Of a stretch of DNA of 64,000 bases, positions 37,959 through 47,958 are shown piece after piece. The translations under genes and the position numbers were made by a program. Every line of letters starts with the position of its first letter. Position 1 is the first letter of the stretch. The DNA is from an uncultured Candidatus Rokubacteria bacterium. Lineage in GTDB: Bacteria > Methylomirabilota > Methylomirabilia > Rokubacteriales > CSP1-6. The stretch spans positions 192,001 through 256,000 of the forward strand of contig CAVWFS010000019.1 in NCBI GenBank assembly GCA_963754315.1. The letters run 5' to 3'. The notes below the pieces were generated by a model that saw only the letters and a list, made by a program, of their open reading frames with translations, made no database searches and had not been told where the DNA came from.

Positions 37959-38735
37959 ATGATCGAGCTCGACGGGATTACCCTCGACTATGTCGTGCAG
38001 GGCCGCACGACGCGCGCACTGGACGACGTCTCCCTCACCGTGGAGCGCGGGGCCTCCGTGGCCTTCGTGGGGCCGAGCGGTTGCGGGAAGTCCACCTTGC
38101 TCAAGCTGATCGCTGGCCTGCTCCTCGCTACCCGAGGCACCGTGCGGGTTGATGGTCTCCCGGTGACAGCCCCGCTGAAGAACGTCGGCATGGCCTTTCA
38201 GAATCCCGTCCTGCTGCCGTGGCGTCGCGTGCTCGACAACGTCCTGCTGCCCCTCGAAATCCTGAGAGAAAATCGGGAGAAGCTCGCCAGCGACCGCCCG
38301 GCCTGGGAGGCCAAGGCGCGCGATCTCCTGCGCACGGTGGGGCTGAACGACGTGGACGACAAGCAGCCGCGCGAGCTGTCGGGGGGCATGAGGCAGCGGG
38401 TGAGCCTCTGCCGATCACTCATTCACGAGCCGGCCTTTCTCCTCCTGGACGAACCGTTTGCCGCTCTCGATGCCTTCACGCGCGAGGAGATGTGGGAACT
38501 GCATCAGGCGCTCCGCCAGCACCGGCAATTCACCAGCGTGCTGGTGACCCACGACCTTCGGGAGGCCGTGTTCCTCAGCGACACCGTCTACGTCCTCTCG
38601 ACGAATCCCGGCCACATCGCCCACGTGCACACGGTCGATCTGTCCTTCCCGCGCACCCTGGCCGATTGCTATGGGCCGAAGGGCACCGACCTCATCGCCA
38701 CCATGCGCGAACAGATACGCTCCGTGCGGTCATGA
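37959..38735 (+). CDS. ABC ATP-binding protein (TauB/SsuB type)
   Basis: GPSGCGKS, LSGGMRQR, LLLDEPFAALD, VTHD. Confidence 0.94.
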   Translation: MIELDGITLDYVVQGRTTRALDDVSLTVERGASVAFVGPSGCGKSTLLKLIAGLLLATRGTVRVDGLPVTAPLKNVGMAFQNPVLLPWRRVLDNVLLPLEILRENREKLASDRPAWEAKARDLLRTVGLNDVDDKQPRELSGGMRQRVSLCRSLIHEPAFLLLDEPFAALDAFTREEMWELHQALRQHRQFTSVLVTHDLREAVFLSDTVYVLSTNPGHIAHVHTVDLSFPRTLADCYGPKGTDLIATMREQIRSVRS

Positions 38736-39490
38736 CGAGGTCGACTCTCCGCCGGATCGTCCTGCCTAGCACGGCCTTCGTCCTCCTACTCGCGCTCTGG
38801 GAGGTGGTGGTTCCCCTCTTCCACATCCAGCAGATCGTCCTGCCGAGGCCCAGCGCCATCGCCCTCACCATGGTCGAGATGGCGCGGCCCATCGCCTACC
38901 ACGCCGGCCAGACGCTGTTCACCACGCTGGTCGGCTTCGTGGTGGCGGTTGTTCTGGGACTCTTCCTTGGATTCGTCATCGGTTCCTCGATGACCGTGCA
39001 CGACGCGCTCTACCCGCTCCTGGTCGGCTTCAACAGCATCCCCAAGGCCGCCGTCGTCCCCCTTCTGGTGCTGTGGTTCGGCGTGGGTACCGTCCCCGCC
39101 GTCATCACCGCCTTCCTGCTGGCCTTCTTTCCGGTGGCCGTGAACGTGGCCCTCGGCCTGGCCACTCTGGAAGTCGAATTGCGGGACGTCCTGCGCGCGC
39201 TGGGCGCCTCGTCTTGGCAAATCTTCATCAAGGTCGGCGCCCCCCGCACGATGCCGATGTTCTTCGCTTCGCTCAAGGTGGCGATCTCCTCGGCCTTCGT
39301 GGGTTCGGTCATCTCGGAGACGGTGGCCGCCAACGCCGGCATCGGCTACCTCATGGCCGTGGCCGCCTCCGACTTCAACACGCGCCTGGCCTTCTGCGGT
39401 CTCTTCGTGCTGGCCGCCATGGGGGTCCTGCTCTACGGCCTCTTCGCGGCGGTCGAGCGGCGGTTGACCGGCTGGGCTTACACTGAGTAG
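38732..39490 (+). CDS. ABC permease (TauC/SsuC type)
   Basis: LPRPS, SIPKAAVVPLLVLWFG, GIGY; ATGA overlap. Confidence 0.92.
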   Translation: MTRSTLRRIVLPSTAFVLLLALWEVVVPLFHIQQIVLPRPSAIALTMVEMARPIAYHAGQTLFTTLVGFVVAVVLGLFLGFVIGSSMTVHDALYPLLVGFNSIPKAAVVPLLVLWFGVGTVPAVITAFLLAFFPVAVNVALGLATLEVELRDVLRALGASSWQIFIKVGAPRTMPMFFASLKVAISSAFVGSVISETVAANAGIGYLMAVAASDFNTRLAFCGLFVLAAMGVLLYGLFAAVERRLTGWAYTE

Positions 39491-39494
39491 CGGC

Positions 39495-40684
39495 GTGGAC
39501 GCGACCTTTCTCGACTGGCTCAACCTTTCCTTCCGCTGGTTTCACCTGGTAGTCGCCATCGGGTGGATTGGCACCTCGTTCTACTTCATGTGGCTCGACA
39601 GCAACATCGTCGTCCCCGAGAAGCCGCGCGAGGGCGTGGAAGGCGAGCTGTGGATGGTGCACAGCGGGCACTTCTATCAGGTCGAGATGCGGCGGCTCAG
39701 CCCGGGTCAGCTGCCGAAGGTGTTGCACTGGTTCAAGTGGGAGGCCGCCCTCACCTGGATGAGCGGCATCGCCTTGCTCACCGTCGTCTACTACCTCACG
39801 GGCGGCGTGTACCTGATCGACCCGAACGTCTCCCGCATTACTCCTGGTGGCGCGGTGGCGCTGTGCGTGGGCCTGCTGATCGCCTCCTGGGTCGTCTACG
39901 ATTTGCTATGGGTCTCGTCGCTCGGTCGCGATCACCCCGGCGTAGCGACCGCGATCTCCTATGTGCTCCTCTTCGGTCTGGTCGTCCTGCTCTGCCGCAC
40001 CTTGAGCGGGCGGGCCGCCTTCATTCACGTGGGCGCCATGCTGGGGACGATCATGGTGGCCAATGTCTGGATGCGCATCATCCCCGCCCAGAAGGAGCTG
40101 GTGGCGGCCACCGCTGCCGGCCGTGCCGCCGACTGGACGCTCTCGAGCCGCGCCAAGCGGCGCTCCGTCCACAACAGTTACGTCACCCTGCCGGTCATCT
40201 TCATGATGATCAGCAACCACTACCCGAGCCACCTACGCCCACCGCCTCAACTGGCTGATCCTCGTGCTGTTCATGGTGAGTCGGGGTGGGCATTCGTCAT
40301 CTGCACATCACCCACGAGCAGCATCGGCCGGCGGCCTGGGTGCTGGCGCCGGTGGCGGCCTCGCTGGCCGTGCTGGTCTATCTGACGCTGCCCGCCTCGA
40401 CCGCGTCGGGTGTCGGCGCCCAGGTACCCTTCCCGGTGGCCCGCCGGATCGTCGAGACACGCTGCGTGTCGTGCCACTCCGCCACGCCCACCGACGACAT
40501 TTTCCGCGCAGCCCCCAACGGGGTCACCTTCGACACGCCAGAGAGCATCCGCCTCCGCGCGGAGGCCATCAAGCAGCGCACGATCCTGCTCAAGAACATG
40601 CCGCTCGCCAACAAGACGGGCATGACCGAGGCGGAGCGCGATCTGCTCGCCCGCTGGATCGACCAGGGAGCGCGGGCTGATTAG
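39495..40684 (+). CDS. puuD: Urate hydroxylase PuuD (membrane domain + cytochrome c), two frameshifts
   Basis: RWFH...WIGTSFYF, WMVHSG, WFKWEA, GTIMVANVW, SVHNSY, MISNHY; extra bases at ~40230 and 40279; C-terminal CVSCH and MPLANKTGMT. Confidence 0.88.
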
Positions 40685-40726
40685 CAGATCGACGGTGGTG
40701 GCAGGTTCCGTCCGAGCCGGGCGACA

Positions 40727-40958
40727 TCAGCTCGGGGTCAGCGCCCTCCTGGCCTTCAGCGGCAGCCGGACGGGGACGAACCAGTCCCGCGGGTACAGGT
40801 AGTCCTCGCCGGACTCGTCGACGACTCGGATGTCGGACGGTTGGTCGTTGCGGGAGGGTCGCACGACGCGATAGATCTTGCCGACGACGAGATCACGTCG
40901 TCCTCGCCACGCTCGATGCACACCGCGAAGCCGCCGCCCTGCCTGCGGGGTTCATCAT
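40727..40958 (-). pseudogene. Small conserved hypothetical gene, frameshifted
   Basis: Reconstructed FAVCIERGEDD/DLVVGKIYRVV...IRVVDESGEDYLYPRDWFVPVRLP; needs two single-base corrections. Confidence 0.55.
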
Positions 40959-40959
40959 G

Positions 40960-41244
40960 ACGCCTCGTTCCAGGTTTCGCTTGCGCTTGAAATAGACGCG
41001 ACCAATCCCGTGGGCTTCCGTGTAGCTCATCTCCGTCGATCCTCAGCTCCCCCGACATCCCGGTTCCTGCTTGGCGGGGCCGTCCCTTGAACGGGAGCAC
41101 CTCGCCGCTCACGAGGTCACTAGCGTCCCATTCCAGGCCCCAGTGACGTCGGCGAGCACGAGCATACGCTCACCCAATCGCGGCGGGTACAGCCTCGTTG
41201 ACCAGCGCGAGAAGTCCGATCAGACACCATCCTGCCTGACGCAT
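40960..41244 (-). pseudogene. Lipoprotein paralog 3 (two frameshifts and an internal deletion)
   Basis: MRQAGWCLIGLLALVN/GCTRRDWVS/MLVLADVTGAWNGT/VSGEVLPF...GELRIDGDELHG aligns to 41248-41664. Confidence 0.75.
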
Positions 41245-41247
41245 CGC

Positions 41248-41664
41248 TCACCGCCCTGGGGCCGCGCCGCCTGCTGCCACACGCCGAAGACGGAGCGGGC
41301 ATGGGCAAGAGGCAAAGAACCCTGACCCGCTGTGCATCACATTGCCGATCATTTCGTCCCCGTCGACCTGCATCTCCCCTTTGGCTCCTGACGGGAGGGT
41401 GAAAGTAAATACGTCTCCACTCACGACACCTTGCACCGGTCCTACTAGCGGCGAGGCGGGGGCGGCCGCCGTGTCACCCGTGACCTTCGCGCCATTCTGC
41501 CGAAGCGTCAGGCGAAAGCTTCTGAGCGTTGTGAGTTCGATCGTACCGACCCATGTCCCCGTAACGTCGGCAAGCACCAGCATGTCGCTCACCCAGTCAC
41601 GACGCGTGCAGCCGGCACTCACGACCCAAAACAGGCCGACCAGGAGAACATCCCGTCGCGTCAT
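41248..41664 (-). CDS. Hypothetical lipoprotein (intact paralog 2)
   Basis: Lipobox VSAGC, then TRRDWVSDMLVLADVTGTWVG, beta-rich core, C-terminal SCPCPLRLRR. Confidence 0.75.
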   Translation of the reverse strand: MTRRDVLLVGLFWVVSAGCTRRDWVSDMLVLADVTGTWVGTIELTTLRSFRLTLRQNGAKVTGDTAAAPASPLVGPVQGVVSGDVFTFTLPSGAKGEMQVDGDEMIGNVMHSGSGFFASCPCPLRLRRVAAGGAAPGR

Positions 41665-41809
41665 GCCCTCGCCCTCACTCCCCCAGGCGGACCTGTTGAA
41701 CTATCGCCCGGGGCTCGACTGGACTCTCGAGCCTCGGTTCGAACACCGCTCCTAGCAGGTAGACGATGGCTCCGTCCTCCAAGAAGTTGACTGCACTGAA
41801 TCTGCGGGC

Positions 41810-42029
41810 TCAAGGGCGCGCCGCCTGAACGTCGGAGGCGGTACCCGGCACGGGCAGCTGGCCGAAGAGTCAGTAGCAGGGGCGACGGCAGCACAATGGC
41901 CCCGCGCATCGTCCCGGACCATGTTCCGGTCACGTCGCTGAGCACGAGCAGGTCAGTCCAGTCACGCCGCGCACAGCCAGCACTCGCAAGCAGGAGGAGA
42001 AGCAGCAGAAGCCCTCGCGTCCGCTTCAC
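41810..42029 (-). pseudogene. Lipoprotein paralog 1 (internal deletion)
   Basis: LASAGCARRDWTDLLVLSDVTGTWSG...LTLR joined at ~41862, out of frame, to ASCPCR/YRLRR. Confidence 0.72.
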
Positions 42030-42065
42030 AATCCGTTCCCCCTCACCCATCGCCACGGCCAGCGC

Positions 42066-42440
42066 TCACGCCTCCGGCAGGAACTTTCGAATCATGGCCA
42101 GCAGGTCGAACGGGCTATACGGCTTGGCCAGGTAGGCGGAGGCGCCAGCGTCCTTGGCCCGCTGCTCATCACCGCTGAGGGCAAAAGACGTGATGGCGAT
42201 GATCGGGGTGTCCGCGGTGGCCGGCTCCGTGCGTAGGGTGCGGGTGGCCTCGATACCGGAGACTTTCGGGAGCTGGATGTCCATGAGGATCAGATCGGGA
42301 CGCTCTTCCCGGGCCATCGTCATACCGGCTTCACCGTCAGGTGCTTCCAGCAGACGATAGGAGGTGCGGCGCAAGAGATCCCGGACGATCTTTCGGTTGA
42401 GCTCGTTGTCCTCGACGTAGAGGATGGTCTTGGCGCTCAT
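42066..42440 (-). CDS. Single-domain response regulator (CheY/DivK-like)
   Basis: YVEDN, LILMDIQLP, AITS, YLAKP. Confidence 0.93.
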   Translation of the reverse strand: MSAKTILYVEDNELNRKIVRDLLRRTSYRLLEAPDGEAGMTMAREERPDLILMDIQLPKVSGIEATRTLRTEPATADTPIIAITSFALSGDEQRAKDAGASAYLAKPYSPFDLLAMIRKFLPEA

Positions 42441-44636
42441 GCGGTTTTTTCCCCCTTCAAGCGCAGCGGGATCACGAAGGCAAAGGTCGAACCCTTACCC
42501 AGCTCGCTCTCAACCCAGATGCGCCCGCCGTGCATCTCGACGAACTTCTTGGTGATGCTGAGCCCGAGCCCGGTGCCCCCGAATTCGCTGGTGATGGTGG
42601 CGTCGCCTTGTCGGAACTCGGCAAAAATGGTCTCGATCTTGTGCTTCGCGATACCGATTCCAGTGTCGGCGACGCGATAGATCAGCGTATCGCCTTCCAG
42701 CCCCACCGTGATCTCCACCCGCCCCTGGCGGGTGAATTTCAGCGCGTTGCCGGCCAGGTTCAGGAGGCACTGTCTGATGCGGCCTCCATCGCCGTAGGCT
42801 AAGGAAACATCCGGCGTCACCGACGTAGTGAACTCCAGGCCGCGTTCGAGGGCCAAGGGCCAGAGGGAGGCCTTGACACTCTCGACGGTGTCGTGGACCG
42901 AGTAGTCCGCAGGCGCCAACTCCATGCGTCCCGCCTCGATCTTGGAAAGATCGAGCACGTTGTTGATCAGAGTCAGGAGCTGCCGCCCGCTCTTCTGGAT
43001 GTCGGTGAGGGGGATTCTGAGATCGGAGGGAAGCGGCCCGTAGACGTCGCCGAGGATCAGCTCGTTGAAGCCGAGGATGGCGTTCATGGGCGTTCGCAGC
43101 TCGTGGCTCACGTTGGCGAGGAAGTCGGACTTGTGGCGGCTGGCCACCTCGAGCTGGCGGCCCTTGTCGGCGACCTCCTGGAAGAGCCGGGCGTTGTCGA
43201 TGGCCACCTTGGACTGATTGGCCACGGTGGTGAGTAGCTCGACGGTGCGGTCGTCGAAGAGTCCCGGTCGCCGGCGATACACGGTCATGGCCCGGAGAAC
43301 ATTCCCGCTCACCATGGGGACCGCTAGCAAGGCCCGGAAGCCAGCCTCGAGGTAGAGCGACTTGAACATCAGCTCGCCGCCGGCCGCGATGTCAGGGACC
43401 TGGACCACCTCGCCGCTCTCCAATCTGCTCACCCATTCCCGGCTGGACGGCGTCGATATCGCGTGCCCAATCGGGCCGGTGAGAGCAGCCCCGGAATCAG
43501 CGAGCGGCAGGCGACGCCATCTTCACGCCGGCGCTCTCCAGCGTCTCCAGGAAGGGCTCGCTGAAGTTGTGAGAGGCCACCACGACGAATCCCTGCCGAG
43601 CGGGATCCAGCTCGAAGATACCGCACGCATCGGAGTTCGAGAGGCGAACGGCATGGGCCGAGATGGTGCGCAGGACTTCCGACAGATCCAGCGACGAGCC
43701 GACGGCGCGGCTGATCTCACCCATCACGCGGACCTCTTCCAGCGACCGCTGAAGAGCCGTACTGCGTTCCTGCAGCTCGGCCGTTCGCTGCTGGATGCGA
43801 TCCTCCAGGGTTCGGTTCAGGTCGCGCAGTTGGGCCAGAGCTTGTTCCTTCTCGTCGATGTTTCCCTTCAGCGCCCGCGTCATTTCGTTGAAGGCCACCG
43901 CCAGCTGTCCGACCTCGTCGCGCGATTCCACGGCGATCGTTTGATCGAGAAAGCCGTCGGCGATCTTCTGCGCCTGCGCGGTCAGTCGGTTGACCGGCCG
44001 TGTGACCCGCCGCGAGAAGCCATACACGGCCAACGTGCTGAGAACAACGAAGGCGACCGTGATGCCCCCCCACAGCTTCACGAGGCCTCCCACGTGTCCC
44101 TCGACACTGCGGAGCGACAGACCGAGCTTCACCCCCCCGATCAGTCTCGACTCTTGACGTGAACCGGACGCGTCTGCAACCGGTCCGATCAGGAGCTGGT
44201 CCGCCGTCTTGGCTTCCTCCGAACGGACGGGAGCCAGGAATTCGACGAAGCGCTCGCCGCCGCGCTCAAGGCTCCGCGAGGCCATGCGCCGCAACAAAGC
44301 CGGATCGAGCTGGCCGGCGGCGCCGCTGACCTGGCGACCGCCCTCGGCGAGGGCCTGTCCGTTCTCCCCGTAGATCACCACGTAGGCCACGTCAGCGTCG
44401 CGAACCACGCCGCGAATGGAGGCACCCAGACTCTGGCGATCTTCTGTGAACACACCCAGCTCGCTGCTAGAGGCCAAATGGGAAGCCGCGGCCTCGCCGC
44501 GCTTCATGAACTCGCCGGTGATCACGCGGCGATGCTCTCGAATGCTGATCAGTCCGTGCACGACGAGGAGGACGACCACGATGGGTACGATCGACAAGAA
44601 GATGCGCAGCCAGAAGGTTCGCGGCGTCTTCATCAC
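42437..44636 (-). CDS. Sensor histidine kinase (TM-HAMP-GAF-HisKA-HATPase), frameshifted at ~43510
   Basis: DEVGQLAVAFNEM, GAF halves in ORFs 43497-44636 and 42437-43432, FLANVSHELRTP, NLAGNALKF, GTGLGL. Confidence 0.88.
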
Positions 44637-45553
44637 TGGATCACCGTGGTGGCCCGGCCCAGGACGACCTTGGGAATCTCCACGCCCAGCTTCTGGGCCG
44701 CCTTGAGGTTCACCGTGAGGCTCAACCGGCGCGCTGTTGTGTAGGGGACATCGGCCGCCGTCTTACCGCCCAGAATGCTCGAGGCGAGCTCACCGGCCTG
44801 GCGACCGATGTCCTCGCTGCTCGCGAACGACAGCGAGAGCAGCGCTCCCATCTGGGCGTGGCGTTCGGAGAGCCCGAGAAGAGGGATCTTGTTCCGGTAG
44901 GAGAAGAGAAGCATTTGCTGAACGACAGTCTGGGCGAGGGTCGTCTCGTCGGGAAGGATCCAGAGGGCGTCGACCGTCCCCTGGAGCGATTCCAGGGCGG
45001 CCACGGCCTCCTTCGGCGAGCTGATCTCTTTGGCGATGAGCTGTAAGCCCTCCTCGCGGGCCACCGCCTCCGCTCGTTTGACCAGGTAACCGGTTCGCGC
45101 TTGGTTGAAGATGACCCCGACCCGCTTCACCTGCGGCCCGAGCTGCTTGAGCAGCCGGAGCGGTTGCTCGACGGGAACGTTCATGCTCGCCCCCGTGATG
45201 TTTCTGGTCCCGGTCCCCACGATGCTCGGTGGATTGAGAACCATGGCGTACACCACCGGGATGTCGGTGGGCTGGCTCACGATCGCCTGCAGAGCCCAGA
45301 GGCCGATCGCGAAGATGAGGTCGGGTTTGACCTTTGTCTCGATCTCGGTCAGGATCTTCCGGCCGCGCTCGAGATCGCCGCCCATGTTGTATTCGGCGAC
45401 GATCGGGTGCCGCACGGTTTGCTTGAAGCCACTCAGCGCTTCTTGATAGTCATCGTTCCGGTCGCTCAGGATGACGGCCACATTGGCGGCGGAGGCAGGC
45501 CCGGCAACTCCTGCGGTGAAGGCCAGCAGCAGCAGGGTGAGGAGGTTCTTCAA
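44633..45553 (-). CDS. ABC_sub_bind-type periplasmic binding protein
   Basis: Signal peptide, IPVVYAMVLNP, NITGASM, DALWILPD, GRQAGE, VNLKAAQKLGVEIP; stop overlaps the kinase start. Confidence 0.85.
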   Translation of the reverse strand: MKNLLTLLLLAFTAGVAGPASAANVAVILSDRNDDYQEALSGFKQTVRHPIVAEYNMGGDLERGRKILTEIETKVKPDLIFAIGLWALQAIVSQPTDIPVVYAMVLNPPSIVGTGTRNITGASMNVPVEQPLRLLKQLGPQVKRVGVIFNQARTGYLVKRAEAVAREEGLQLIAKEISSPKEAVAALESLQGTVDALWILPDETTLAQTVVQQMLLFSYRNKIPLLGLSERHAQMGALLSLSFASSEDIGRQAGELASSILGGKTAADVPYTTARRLSLTVNLKAAQKLGVEIPKVVLGRATTVIQ

Positions 45554-45617
45554 GCCCTTTACTGGAACGATAACACCAAGGAGGATACGACCGATAGCAA
45601 CCTCGCAGCCCGAACCT

Positions 45618-47045
45618 TTGGAAGGCTCACCGAGCGAGGCGCGAAAGCTGCTGACCGGTCCCCTTCACGTCGTGAATATCGGGCTCGAGCTGTTCGCGGG
45701 GGAACTGGAGGGCCAGGGCATCCCCGTCACACGCGTGGCTTGGCAACCGCCGGGCGGCGGTGATCCGGCCCTCGTGGCAGCCCTCGAACGGCTCGCGGCG
45801 CGGCACGAGATCGTGGAGTCGGCCAACAGGCGGGCGTTCGACATTCTCGTCGGCGGCGAGCCGTACCTTGTGGATTGCCGGCCGGCGCGGGAGGCACTGG
45901 AACTTCCCGATCACACGGTGCTGCACGCTGGACCGCCGCTGGACTGGGACCACGCTTGCGGCCCCATGCGGGCCGCCGTGCTCTGCGCCATCCGCTACGA
46001 GGGGTGGGCGGCCAACGATGACGCCGCGCGGGATCTTGTGGACCGCGGTGAGGTGCGCCTGGCGCCCTGTCATCACTGGCGTGCCGTGGGCCCCATGACG
46101 GGGATGATCACTCCATCCATGCCGGTCTTCGCGGTGGAAAACCGTGCCCACGGCAACCGCGCTCACGCCACCATTAACGAAGGGCTCGGCAAAGTCCTGC
46201 GCTTCGGCGCCAACGACGACTCCGTGCTGGCGCGCCTGCGTTGGCTGGCGGCCGAGGCAGGGCCACTGCTCGGCGCCGCCTTGCGAGCCGCCGGCGGGCT
46301 TGATCTTCGCGCCCTCATGAGTCAGGCCCTTCGCATGGGGGACGAGATGCACCAGCGTAACGTTGCCGCCTCCTCCCTGCTCGCCCGCGCCCTCATGCCG
46401 CACGTGGCGCGTGCGGGTGGCAAGCACGGTGCGGTGGCCCGTCTGGCAGAGTTCATCGCCGGCAACGACCAGTTCTTCCTCAACGTGGCCATGGCCGCCG
46501 GGAAGGCCATGGCCGACCCCGCCACCGGCATCACGAACTCGACGATGGTGACGGCCATGGCGCGCAACGGGACTGACTTCGGGATTCGGGTCTCAGGCCT
46601 GGGCGAACGGTGGTTCACGGCGCCCGCCACCATGCCGGTCGGGCTCTACTTCCCCGGCTTCACCGCCGACGACGCCAACCCCGACATGGGCGACAGCGCG
46701 ATCGTCGAGACGATCGGACTCGGCGGCGGGGCCATGGCCACCTCCCCCGCCGTGGCGCGCTTCATCGGTGCCGGCGGCATGAGCGCGGCCCTGGCTGCTA
46801 CCGAGGAGATTCGCGAGATCTGCCTCGGCGAGCACCCCCACTTTCGGATCCCAACTCTCGACGATCGGGGCGCCCCTGTCGGTATCGACGTCGCTCGGGT
46901 GGTCGAGACCGGGATCCCACCATTGATCAACACAGGTATCGCCGGCCGTCGTGCGGGGATCGGCCAGATCGGCGCCGGTGTCGCGCGTGCCCCTCTCGCC
47001 TGCTTTGTCCGCGCGCTTGAAGCGCTCGCGGGTGAGACACGATGA
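45618..47045 (+). CDS. DUF1116 (YlbE/AllG-like) protein with N-terminal FdrA-like C-domain
   Basis: VVNIGLELFA...WQPPGGGD, LHAGPP, PCHH, VLRFGA, MGDEMHQRN, MARNG, DMGDSAIVE, INTGIA, GQIGAG; start uncertain. Confidence 0.82.
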   Translation: MEGSPSEARKLLTGPLHVVNIGLELFAGELEGQGIPVTRVAWQPPGGGDPALVAALERLAARHEIVESANRRAFDILVGGEPYLVDCRPAREALELPDHTVLHAGPPLDWDHACGPMRAAVLCAIRYEGWAANDDAARDLVDRGEVRLAPCHHWRAVGPMTGMITPSMPVFAVENRAHGNRAHATINEGLGKVLRFGANDDSVLARLRWLAAEAGPLLGAALRAAGGLDLRALMSQALRMGDEMHQRNVAASSLLARALMPHVARAGGKHGAVARLAEFIAGNDQFFLNVAMAAGKAMADPATGITNSTMVTAMARNGTDFGIRVSGLGERWFTAPATMPVGLYFPGFTADDANPDMGDSAIVETIGLGGGAMATSPAVARFIGAGGMSAALAATEEIREICLGEHPHFRIPTLDDRGAPVGIDVARVVETGIPPLINTGIAGRRAGIGQIGAGVARAPLACFVRALEALAGETR

Positions 47046-47896
47046 AAACCGACATCCTGCTCATTCCCATGAGCGCGCGCTGGGCCGCGATGCGTGCGGC
47101 GGCGCTCGCCGTGGAGGATGCAGGCTTCGACGGCCTGTGGACCTGGGATCACCTGCGCGATCCCGAAGGAGCTTCCGAGGCTGGTGTCCCGGAGGCCATG
47201 ACCGTGCTGGCGGCGGTGGGCGAGCTGACCAAGCGGATCACGCTCGGGCCGCTGGTATTGAATGTGGCGAACCGGCACCCGGGATTGCTCGCCAACATAG
47301 CGGCGACCATCCAGCACATCTCGGGCGGCCGCTTGCTCCTCGGCCTCGGCGCAGGCGGGCATCGAAGACTGCCCTACGCCGCCGAGCAGGAGATGCTCGG
47401 GCTCGCCGTCGACCCAGACGCCGTGCGCGCCCAGCGGGTGGCGGAGGCTGCCCAGGTTCTGAAGCGCCTTTGGGCCGGCGACGAAACGAGCTTTGCGGGG
47501 ACGTACTACAAGCTGGAACGTCCTGCCGGTTACCTACGCGCGGATCCGGCTCCGCCGATCATCGTGGGCGGATTCGGTCCCCGCATGGCCGCCATCGCAG
47601 GCCGCCACGGCGACGGGTTCAATACCCAAGCCCGGCATCCGCGCTTGGCCGAATTGGTCCGGGTCGCGCGCGATGAGCACCGGGCGGCCGGGCACGACCC
47701 CTCGCGCTTCGCCATCACGGTGTTTGCCGGCCTCGATCGGCAGTGGCTGCAATCCGACTCGACGGCACGCGCCTCGCTCGAGCGCTTGGGAGTAGCACGC
47801 GTAATCCTGCTGGTCTCCCCACCGTTCGATCCGGATCAGATCAGGGCAGCCGGGACGCTACTCACGGAGCGGCGCCGACCCTCTGCGGCTCCGTGA
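47042..47896 (+). CDS. LLM-class oxidoreductase
   Basis: GFDGLWTWDHL, RHPGLLAN, ISGGRLLLGLGAG, PPIIVGGFGPRM. Confidence 0.85.
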   Translation: MKTDILLIPMSARWAAMRAAALAVEDAGFDGLWTWDHLRDPEGASEAGVPEAMTVLAAVGELTKRITLGPLVLNVANRHPGLLANIAATIQHISGGRLLLGLGAGGHRRLPYAAEQEMLGLAVDPDAVRAQRVAEAAQVLKRLWAGDETSFAGTYYKLERPAGYLRADPAPPIIVGGFGPRMAAIAGRHGDGFNTQARHPRLAELVRVARDEHRAAGHDPSRFAITVFAGLDRQWLQSDSTARASLERLGVARVILLVSPPFDPDQIRAAGTLLTERRRPSAAP

Positions 47897-47958
47897 AGCT
47901 CACGAGGCCATAGTCCGGCGTCTCCTCCGCAGGCTGCGTGGTATAGTCGCAGAGGCCC

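Noticed and set aside
40690..45560. Prophage, integron or IS-bounded island
   Set aside because: No integrase, transposase, att repeats or attC pattern found.
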